Shown here: piece after piece, positions 17,344 to 24,429 of the stretch | Layout: the number at the start of each line of letters is the position of its first letter | How positions within the stretch are numbered: position 1 is the first letter of the stretch | Origin: a virus | Virus record (IMG/VR): IMGVR_UViG_3300045988_130114 | Span: 1-64,000 of that record | Direction: 5' to 3' (one strand) | Length of the DNA: 64,000 nucleotides | Notes under the pieces: model-generated | The model's input: the letters and a program-made list of their open reading frames with translations, nothing else | Told to the model about the DNA's origin: nothing | Database searches by the model: none | Made by a program: the position numbers and the translations under genes

Positions 17344-17747
17344 AGTGGTGTAAACAATTTGATGCGTCTGTTAGTCGTCCCATTTTTGATAAATCGGCTC
17401 AATGGGTGATTGATTGCATACTCGATGCTGGGCAGCAACCAAATCCATTATACAGAAAGGGGTGTTCCCGCGTTGGCTGTTATCCTTGCATCATGTGTCG
17501 GCAAATGGAAGTTGTCATATTGATGAAAGACGAACCAATGAAAATACGGCTGTTAGATGCTGAACATAAAATTGGAAGATCTTTTTTCTCTCCTGACTAC
17601 ATCCCTAAATATGCTTGTGCAAATGGTAAATATCCAATGGTTGAAGATGTGTTTAGGTATATAAGTGATAAAAATGCGACATTGGATATGTTCGAGCCTG
17701 AAGGCGGTTATGCTTGTATGAGCCTATTTCATGGGCTTTGCGAATAG
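17310..17747 (+). CDS. PAPS-reductase/DndC-like protein, C-terminal part (gene split)
   Basis: RPIFDKSAQWVIDCI...NPLYRKGCSRVGCYPC is the C-terminal PAPS_reduct signature; 34-nt overlap in the -1 frame relative to 16867-17343. Confidence 0.65.
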   Translation: MGASYRRKEVLEWCKQFDASVSRPIFDKSAQWVIDCILDAGQQPNPLYRKGCSRVGCYPCIMCRQMEVVILMKDEPMKIRLLDAEHKIGRSFFSPDYIPKYACANGKYPMVEDVFRYISDKNATLDMFEPEGGYACMSLFHGLCE

Positions 17748-17781
17748 AAGTTTAATTCAAAACAAAACAGAAAGGAATTAA

Positions 17782-18627
17782 ATGAAGATGCAATCTAAGA
17801 TAGATTATTCCATAGCCTTACTTCGTAAATGCGAACAGATGGCACTTGATTATGACCCGGAGGATGGCTTTTACTTAGCGTTCTCCGGTGGCAAGGATAG
17901 CCAAGTCCTTTATCACCTTGCGAAGATGGCAGGAGTAAAATTTAAGGCTCACATGAACCTTACGAGCATCGATCCACCCGAAGTTATCCGCTTTGTAAAA
18001 CGGAACTACCCGGATGTGGAATTGATTAAACCAAAGATGTCTATCTATGATATGGCTTTAAAAAAACACTTATTACCTACAAGAACAATCCGTTGGTGTT
18101 GCGCTGAATATAAAGAGATGTCCGGTGCTGGCAAGGTTACCTTGATTGGCATTAGAAAAGCAGAAAGCGTCCGGCGCTCTAAGCGTGAAGAGATTGAAAT
18201 AAGCGGTCACAAATTTAGCGGCAACTTCGACCAATTCTCTGAACACAAAGAAAAGATGGTTACTTGCGTGGGAGGAAAGGATAAGATACTTGTTTCTCCG
18301 ATAATTCACTGGACTGATAGGGACGTATGGCAGTTTTTGAATGGGAATAGCATAGAGCATTGCTCGTTGTATGATGAAGGCTATAAGCGCATCGGATGTA
18401 TTCTCTGCCCAATGTCTAACTATAAGCAGAAGTTAAAAGATTATCAGCGCTTCCCCCATGTGAAACGTAAATGGATTCAGACCATACAAAAGTTGATTGA
18501 TGCCGAATATGTCAACCACAACTTTACCGATGCAGAGTTTGGCTTTTATTGGTGGATAAGCGATAAAGGTTTTGACCAATATTATGCAGACGAAGTACTG
18601 CAACAGAAAATAGAGTTTAACGTATAA
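17782..18627 (+). CDS. PAPS-reductase/DndC-like PP-loop protein (intact paralogue)
   Basis: AFSGGKDSQ, RWCCAEYK, GIRKAESVRR, SPIIHWTDRDVWQFL, YKRIGCILCP. Confidence 0.85.
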   Translation: MKMQSKIDYSIALLRKCEQMALDYDPEDGFYLAFSGGKDSQVLYHLAKMAGVKFKAHMNLTSIDPPEVIRFVKRNYPDVELIKPKMSIYDMALKKHLLPTRTIRWCCAEYKEMSGAGKVTLIGIRKAESVRRSKREEIEISGHKFSGNFDQFSEHKEKMVTCVGGKDKILVSPIIHWTDRDVWQFLNGNSIEHCSLYDEGYKRIGCILCPMSNYKQKLKDYQRFPHVKRKWIQTIQKLIDAEYVNHNFTDAEFGFYWWISDKGFDQYYADEVLQQKIEFNV

Positions 18628-18638
18628 CTAATTAAGAA

Positions 18639-18857
18639 ATGAACAAAATAACAATTGAGATAACCGCTACAGGATGGACAACTACTGTAAGCATCAACGG
18701 TGAAACTTTTAGTGAGAAGTTTGAACGAACTTTCACAGGTGCAAAAAGCGTAGAAGGTAATTTGGAAGGAGTAGAACAGATTCCTGATGAAGTGATAGAT
18801 GCCATTCAATCAAGTGCTTATTATGATTGCATGGCTGCTCTTAGAGATATCGAATAA
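18639..18857 (+). CDS. hypothetical protein
   Basis: ORF track. Confidence 0.45.
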   Translation: MNKITIEITATGWTTTVSINGETFSEKFERTFTGAKSVEGNLEGVEQIPDEVIDAIQSSAYYDCMAALRDIE

Positions 18858-18886
18858 CTATCAAAAATTAAGAAAGGAACTAAAGT

Positions 18887-19096
18887 ATGACACAAGAAAA
18901 ATTCATTGCATTGTCAAAGGAAAAGGTTGCAAAATTGAATAAAGGTTCAAAAGAAGCGGAAGAAGCATGGAGAGCCGGATATCTGTATTTAGCAGAACAG
19001 CTACGCATCAGTTTCAATAACAAGACACAACTTTACTTTTTAGAAGAAGTAGAAGAAATCGTCGAGGATTCTTACGAACTTGATGAATTTGAATAA
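18887..19096 (+). CDS. hypothetical acidic protein
   Basis: ORF track; C-terminus EEVEEIVEDSYELDEFE. Confidence 0.45.
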   Translation: MTQEKFIALSKEKVAKLNKGSKEAEEAWRAGYLYLAEQLRISFNNKTQLYFLEEVEEIVEDSYELDEFE

Positions 19097-19113
19097 CGTA
19101 TAATAATACGGAT

Positions 19114-19488
19114 ATGGACAAAAAAAAAGATATAACAAAGAGATATACAAAAATGGCATCAACCATTGAAGATGCTAAAATATACGATGGTCGCGGAACG
19201 TATGATTTATATGAGTGTGAAAAATGTGGTCGTAATAAAATTACCACATACGCAGACAAAGGTGTTACTCCCTTTATTATTGGATGTAGTTGTGGTGGGT
19301 TAATGCAACATACAAGGTCCTTTAAGAATGTGCCGGATTACATTCGAGTATTTAGGTGGAAAAGACCTACACTTGAACAGACAATGAAGCTATCTAAAGG
19401 GATGATGGAACATGTTCTTAATGGAGGGCTGGTATTAGATATAGATGATGAAGATTTAGAAGAAAGGAGGAAATATGAAGAATATTAA
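19114..19488 (+). CDS. zinc-ribbon protein
   Basis: CEKCG...GCSCGG. Confidence 0.5.
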   Translation: MDKKKDITKRYTKMASTIEDAKIYDGRGTYDLYECEKCGRNKITTYADKGVTPFIIGCSCGGLMQHTRSFKNVPDYIRVFRWKRPTLEQTMKLSKGMMEHVLNGGLVLDIDDEDLEERRKYEEY

Positions 19489-19705
19489 AGATTTAACAAT
19501 CAAAGTAACTTATCGAGTTGGACTTGGAAATGTTGAAGTCCCTGATGAAGTTTATAATGAATTAGCTAAAGCCTATGATGAAGGTGGTGATGTACCTGAA
19601 TGGGATGATGAGCTTGAAAACGCAAAAGAATGGCTTAGTGATAATATTCGAGAAGCGGATGCAATGGAATGGGAATATGAGATTGATGATTTTCAAAATG
19701 AATAA
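19475..19705 (+). CDS. hypothetical strongly acidic 76-aa protein
   Basis: ORF track; D/E-rich throughout. Confidence 0.5.
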   Translation: MKNIKDLTIKVTYRVGLGNVEVPDEVYNELAKAYDEGGDVPEWDDELENAKEWLSDNIREADAMEWEYEIDDFQNE

Positions 19706-19720
19706 TTAAAAAAATAAATT

Positions 19721-19816
19721 ATGAAACAGACATTAGAAGAAGCAGCTATACAAGGAGCTCAAGGATATAATATAGTTAAAAGAATATTTATAAATCCGGA
19801 TGGAGGAACAGCATGA
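19721..19816 (+). CDS. hypothetical 31-aa protein
   Basis: Hand translation MKQTLEEAAIQGAQGYNIVKRIFINPDGGTA*; ATGA overlap with the DUF551 gene. Confidence 0.3.
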   Translation: MKQTLEEAAIQGAQGYNIVKRIFINPDGGTA

Positions 19817-20166
19817 GAATAAAGAATAAACGAACAGGTGCTATGTATCAATCTGACACACTTGTAAAATCGTCAAGCGGATTTTTCTGGGATAAGAAAA
19901 ACCAGATGGGGGCTATAAATTTACTTTTTACCGAAGATGATAGTTGGGAGGAAGAATCAGTGACTCCGTGGATCAGCGTAAAGAACAGGTTACCGCAAAC
20001 AGATGATGACCTGTACATAGTGCTTGATGTTAGGATGAATCCTCCCGGATGTGGAGTGTGTGATTTTAATCCTAAGACAGAGACTTGGATTGACTATGGT
20101 GGCAATATTGTGCGCCCTACCCATTGGATGCCAATTCCTCCTCTTGAATCAAATGATAACGAATAA
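19813..20166 (+). CDS. DUF551-domain protein
   Basis: WISVKNRLPQTDDDLYIVL....THWMPIPP. Confidence 0.6.
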   Translation: MRIKNKRTGAMYQSDTLVKSSSGFFWDKKNQMGAINLLFTEDDSWEEESVTPWISVKNRLPQTDDDLYIVLDVRMNPPGCGVCDFNPKTETWIDYGGNIVRPTHWMPIPPLESNDNE

Positions 20167-20187
20167 CAATAGAGAAAGGAACTAACT

Positions 20188-20481
20188 ATGGGATTTACAA
20201 CACCATGTTTTATTAGAAAAAACACTGAAAGATTAAGAGAGTCTTTGAAACGTTTAGGGATTAGACCACTTCTTTCTAATGAAAGATTAAATGCTATTGG
20301 AGACAACATTAAAGTATATCATGGGAGAGAAGCCGTTTTCTCTTGCTCCTATTCGCAGGAATTATATGGACATTTTCTTGATTGCGGGACAAATGAAAAT
20401 TTATTTCTTGCTATTGCCGCATTAAGAGATGACACAGACCATAAAATACCTTCAACATGTGGCACGAGACAGACCATATGA
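20188..20481 (+). CDS. hypothetical protein
   Basis: ORF track. Confidence 0.45.
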   Translation: MGFTTPCFIRKNTERLRESLKRLGIRPLLSNERLNAIGDNIKVYHGREAVFSCSYSQELYGHFLDCGTNENLFLAIAALRDDTDHKIPSTCGTRQTI

Positions 20482-20554
20482 TGAAATGTAACAAGGTTGA
20501 GACAATAAAATCATCAAATTAGATAAATTTATGACTAAAAGTGACACTTTATAT

Positions 20555-20573
20555 GTCATATTTTGTATCTTTA
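20555..20573 (+). promoter_or_regulatory. phage promoter motif GTCATATTTTGTATCTTTA (+CACC)
   Basis: Same 19-nt register as the late motif; AAAAGTGACA box at 20537-20546. Confidence 0.45.
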
Positions 20574-20597
20574 CACCATAAAAATAAAAAAAGAGCA

Positions 20598-21002
20598 ATG
20601 AAAATTTACACAAGTTATTTCGGTAATAGCCGAAAATTAAAAGAAGCAGGAATTAAAATTATTTGCGTAGCTATTGGACGGCCAAGATTTATTAGTGGAG
20701 TACCACAAATGGTTAATGTGGCTCCAACAAGGTATATGATAAGTGCCGCATGTTCCCATGATGAGTATCTTAGATTATACAACAATATTCTTGAAAGTCA
20801 AGATGCGAAGAAGGTGGTGGAGCAAATAAAGACATTAAGTGATGGCCAAGATGTTGCTCTATGCTGCTATGAGAAACCAGGTGATTTCTGCCATCGCCAC
20901 ATACTTGCAAAATGGCTTACCGAAAAGACTGGCATTGAAATCAAAGAGTTTGGAGTTGTTGAAAAGAAAGAACCTAAGTATGAACAAGCAAGTTTGTTCT
21001 AA
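20598..21002 (+). CDS. DUF488-like protein
   Basis: ATG 20598; C-terminal ALCCYEKPGDFCHRHILAKWL resembles the DUF488 C..CHR motif. Confidence 0.4.
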   Translation: MKIYTSYFGNSRKLKEAGIKIICVAIGRPRFISGVPQMVNVAPTRYMISAACSHDEYLRLYNNILESQDAKKVVEQIKTLSDGQDVALCCYEKPGDFCHRHILAKWLTEKTGIEIKEFGVVEKKEPKYEQASLF

Positions 21003-21088
21003 AGATATGTGTGAGGCTTTTTATGGTTATGGATACACACGTCAATTGAAAACGGAAACCATTGGCAGCTTGGAATAGACAAGCAAAA

Positions 21089-21161
21089 GGTTGAATGGCG
21101 AAGTGATTAACGCAACGGTCCGCAAAACCGTTATTCGTGGGTTTGAATCCCACTTCAACCT
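21089..21161 (+). tRNA. tRNA-Cys(GCA)-like, deviant
   Basis: Hand-folded cloverleaf: acceptor GGTTGAA/TTCAACC, anticodon stem ACGGT/ACCGT, loop CCGCAAA, T arm GTGGG-TTTGAAT-CCCAC, discriminator U73. Deviations: C33, no GG in the D loop, T at position 56. Confidence 0.65.
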
Positions 21162-21237
21162 CAAAGATAGAAATAACAACCGAAGTACAAGGCGATACTG
21201 TGGATTTTCTAATAAACGTTTTACAGACAGCCATATT

Positions 21238-21308
21238 GCGGAAATAGCTCATTGGTCAGAGCGTTGGCATTCCAGCCAAAGAGTGGGGTTCGATTCCCTG
21301 TTTCCGCT
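21238..21308 (+). tRNA. tRNA-Gly(UCC)-like with a 6-nt anticodon loop
   Basis: Acceptor GCGGAAA/TTTCCGC (C2:G71, G3:C70, U73), D arm GCTC-ATTGGTCA-GAGC, T loop TTCGATT. The anticodon stem TTGGC/GCCAA encloses only ATTCCA. Confidence 0.65.
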
Positions 21309-21425
21309 CGAATGTCGTTCAAGCTGGCTGGTTGATTGGTATTATGGTAGATGTGCATAGTTCGATTTTATGCGTTACTCTGGTATCGGTCAATCTTACA
21401 GCGTGGGAAGACATGCAAATTTGTT

Positions 21426-21592
21426 GGTGGTATGGCGTAATTGGTATACGCTAATCAAGATGTAAGGTGCAAAATTCCAGGATAACCGTTAATAACCAAA
21501 CCGGAAACCTGCGAGACATCTTAGGAATGACTGAATTAAAAATCAGAAAGCCGCAAAAACTCCACCTGCAGGTTCGAATCCTGCTGCCACCA
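21426..21592 (+). ncRNA. 167-nt RNA closed by tRNA acceptor, D and T arms with about 95 nt of extra internal sequence
   Basis: Acceptor GGTGGTA/TGCCACC, TG, D arm GCGT-AATTGGTAT-ACGC, T arm GCAGG-TTCGAAT-CCTGC; internal 7-bp helix AAGATGT/ACATCTT (21457-63 / 21516-22). Confidence 0.5.
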
Positions 21593-21596
21593 CTAA

Positions 21597-21785
21597 GAGA
21601 TAAAATGGTCATAGGGCGCTAAGACTAAATGAACGGAAATTCTAAGTGTACATAAGAATGGATGTCATCAAGACCGGTGCTGTTAGTAACAGGTTGAGTA
21701 GTTTAAAGATCGTAGGATAGCCAATCTACGGACGAAAGCGAGAAAGCAGACGATACTTGTGCAGGTTCGACTCCTGCTTATCTCT
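21597..21785 (+). ncRNA. 189-nt RNA closed by a tRNA-like acceptor stem and canonical T arm
   Basis: GAGATAA/TTATCTC (7/7 bp) next to T arm GCAGG-TTCGACT-CCTGC; internal hairpins at 21607-26, 21680-92 and 21711-30; no normal-length tRNA fits. Confidence 0.4.
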
Positions 21786-21894
21786 CAATGAAGAAATGGT
21801 TGATTTTGTATTTAAGCCTTCCTGGAATACGCCAGGAGGGCATTAAATCTAAATTAGTGTATGAAGTCATACATAACTTGTAAAATATACTGAT

Positions 21895-23196
21895 ATGTTC
21901 CAAGGAACGACACCACCTGAAGTAAAACTGCTCCTTCAAGATATAATGAAAGGCGTAGAAAAGAAAGATGTTTTTATCGGATGTTCCGGTAATTTCACGA
22001 CCGACAAAATTATGTCCAACATGGGATATACTGTACATTCCAATGATGTAAGCCTATATTCTAAGCTAATTTCTGATCTGCTGCTTGACACAAATACAGA
22101 TATTGAAGTTGTAAATCCTGAATTACGTCTGGTTTTTGATACTTGGAAAGATACAAGATATAAAAATCTTGTTCAGGTAATGTTTGCCATGAGAGTATCA
22201 GGCTTTCATCAAAGAAAGAATGATTATCAGGAGGAAATGTTCAATTCGTTTATAGAGCAGGCTGACATTTATTATCACAATACCATATCGAAATTAGAAA
22301 AGGGTGCTTTGAATTTTAATATAAGCAGTTTCTTTTATGGCGATTTTTTTGACTTCCTAAAAAGTAAAAAAGGTAAGGGGATAGGTATTGCTTTTCCTCC
22401 CACTTATAAAGGAGGATATGAGAAGATGTTTAGCTATGTAGAAGATAGTTTTAGATATGTTCATGCTCCCTATAATGTATTTGACCCCAAAGAAGGTGGG
22501 GTGATGTTTAAATGTCTTCTTGAGAATGATGAAAACATCATCTATTCTGATAGATATTTCCAGGAAATAAACGACTTCCTTGTTGGTAAGATAAACTTGG
22601 GGCCTGGTAAGAATCCGATATACACTTATTCTAGTGTAAAGCGGGATAAGCATTATTACATTGAACGTGATAAAAATATAAAGCCATCATGTATTCATAT
22701 TTTGCCAATGGATTATGAATTTACAGATAGCACAGAAATATCAGCAAAGATATGCCCAGTTAGTGATGTGAACTACTATAAAGCATTTTACATGGCAAAT
22801 AAGGTTAACTATACAACTGGTGGGGACTTGGGATTGGTATTCATGGCTGATGGAAAAGCGTTCGGTTTTTCTTCTTTTAGCAAAAAACTTTCTACTCTTG
22901 AGCAGATTTTTATGCGAAGCGATTTTGTTGTAAACTCAAATACTCAGAGATTGAGTAAATTATTGATCATGCTTGTTAAGTCTCATAATGTAAGAATGCT
23001 GATTGCCCGAAAAATGGCTAACTACTACGATGGAGTGAAGACTACCGTGTACACAACAAGCCCAATTTCAATGAAATATAGAGGAGTATTTGATTTAGAA
23101 CGCCGAGATGAAGGCAAGCTAATGTATTCTGCTAATTTTTTAGATGATTCATTAAAGGATTTATATAGATTATGGTTGAAAAAATACAAGAAGTGA
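21895..23196 (+). CDS. methyltransferase-like protein (weak call)
   Basis: 433 aa; VFIGCSGNF (motif I-like) and AFPPTYKGGYE (DPPY-like); overlaps the ParB-like gene. Confidence 0.4.
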   Translation: MFQGTTPPEVKLLLQDIMKGVEKKDVFIGCSGNFTTDKIMSNMGYTVHSNDVSLYSKLISDLLLDTNTDIEVVNPELRLVFDTWKDTRYKNLVQVMFAMRVSGFHQRKNDYQEEMFNSFIEQADIYYHNTISKLEKGALNFNISSFFYGDFFDFLKSKKGKGIGIAFPPTYKGGYEKMFSYVEDSFRYVHAPYNVFDPKEGGVMFKCLLENDENIIYSDRYFQEINDFLVGKINLGPGKNPIYTYSSVKRDKHYYIERDKNIKPSCIHILPMDYEFTDSTEISAKICPVSDVNYYKAFYMANKVNYTTGGDLGLVFMADGKAFGFSSFSKKLSTLEQIFMRSDFVVNSNTQRLSKLLIMLVKSHNVRMLIARKMANYYDGVKTTVYTTSPISMKYRGVFDLERRDEGKLMYSANFLDDSLKDLYRLWLKKYKK

Positions 23197-23936
23197 AAGA
23201 TGTTCATCTTATTCAGGGGAAACTGGATGATGTAAACAAGTTGATTGCTCCATATAAGTTAGCATATGTAAGCCCTATAAACGATTGTGTTCCGTTGGAG
23301 AAGAATGCTCACTATATGGAAAAAAGCACACTAGATAGACTAACAGCAAATGTGGCTGAAGACGGTTTTTTATCTCAGCTCCCGTTTGCAATGAAACGAA
23401 ATGACGGTAAATATCTCATTTTGTCGGGAAATCATCGCTTAAAAGCTGCTATTAAAGCTAAGTTGGAATATATTCTAATCTTGTATATTGAAGAGGTTGA
23501 TAAAGATAAGCAGATTGCCTATGTGCTTAGTCATAATGCTTTAGTAGGCAAAGATGATGCTCAGATGCTTAAGGAGATTTATAGCGAGATGCGCACTATT
23601 GAAGCAAGAGAGTTTCCTGGTCTTAACGGCATTCAATTTATTGATACGGATAAGATTCCCACGGTCTCTATTAATGATGGGGATATAGAGCTTACCGAAA
23701 TGAAGTTCTTGTTTACTGAAAGCAGGAGCAATGATGTCAAAGCTGTTCTAGCGGAACTAGAAAAACAGAAAATATCTGCAAATAGTTCGATAGTTGTCGG
23801 CTCCTATGAAGAATTTATTAAGGTAGCTACAGAGGTTAAGAAAAAATTTAATATAAAAAGTAATACGGTGGCTTTTGCACGTATGATTGATATTTGCAAA
23901 GCCTTTTTGCTTGAACTGAAAGAAGAGGAGGTATAA
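23172..23936 (+). CDS. ParB/Srx-fold nuclease-like protein
   Basis: YLILSGNHRLKAAIKA (GxHR motif). Confidence 0.7.
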   Translation: MVEKIQEVKDVHLIQGKLDDVNKLIAPYKLAYVSPINDCVPLEKNAHYMEKSTLDRLTANVAEDGFLSQLPFAMKRNDGKYLILSGNHRLKAAIKAKLEYILILYIEEVDKDKQIAYVLSHNALVGKDDAQMLKEIYSEMRTIEAREFPGLNGIQFIDTDKIPTVSINDGDIELTEMKFLFTESRSNDVKAVLAELEKQKISANSSIVVGSYEEFIKVATEVKKKFNIKSNTVAFARMIDICKAFLLELKEEEV

Positions 23937-23937
23937 T

Positions 23938-24429
23938 ATGGCAGGGAGAGGTAGGCCCAAAATGGAGATTTCTCTTTATGATAAATATATAAAAGGGAAG
24001 GAAGATCTTATTATAGCAGACTGTAGGAATGGGGCTGACAATAAAGGTTTATGTGTGCGTCTTGGAATAGGACTTACTACGTTCAAAAGTATACTAAAGA
24101 AACATCCTGAAGTTATAGATTTGTTGAAGGAAGGTAAAGACGAAGCCGACATGAAGGTAGAGAGTGCTCTATATAAACGAGCTATTGGCTATGATATTGA
24201 GGAAACTACAACTGAGGTGAAAATAGGAGAGGATGGATCTGGTCAAACGACTGTGGTAAAGAAAACGAAAAAGCATGTCGCGGGAGATACAACAGCACAA
24301 ATATTTTGGTTAAAAAATCGTAGACCAAATGAATGGAAAGATAAACAAGATGTAAATGTTACTAATGATGATTGGGTAGATGCTTTAAAATCATTAACCA
24401 GTTCATATAAGAATGGTGACAAAGGATGA
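23938..24429 (+). CDS. terS: terminase small subunit
   Basis: ALYKRAIGY...TTAQIFWLKNRRPNEWKDKQ; immediately upstream of, and overlapping, the large subunit. Confidence 0.8.
   Translation: MAGRGRPKMEISLYDKYIKGKEDLIIADCRNGADNKGLCVRLGIGLTTFKSILKKHPEVIDLLKEGKDEADMKVESALYKRAIGYDIEETTTEVKIGEDGSGQTTVVKKTKKHVAGDTTAQIFWLKNRRPNEWKDKQDVNVTNDDWVDALKSLTSSYKNGDKG

Noticed and set aside
21091-21360. 89-aa plus-strand ORF (and the minus-strand ORF 20974-21252) across the tRNA region.
   Set aside because: They run straight through two well-folded tRNA genes and have no coding-like features, so I treat them as spurious.
21309-21380. Canonical-looking T arm (CATAG-TTCGATT-TTATG) suggesting a third normal tRNA.
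   Set aside because: The best acceptor pairing has two mismatches and no anticodon stem can be formed. At most it is a decayed tRNA remnant.
21426-21592. tmRNA-like reading of the 167-nt RNA: an internal GCA AAA TTC CAG GAT AAC CGT TAA TAA frame, and GCCGCAAAAA similarity to E. coli tmRNA.
   Set aside because: It is far shorter than known one-piece tmRNAs, has no G3:U70 alanine identity pair, and the tag does not end in a hydrophobic LAA-type degron. The similarity is probably chance.
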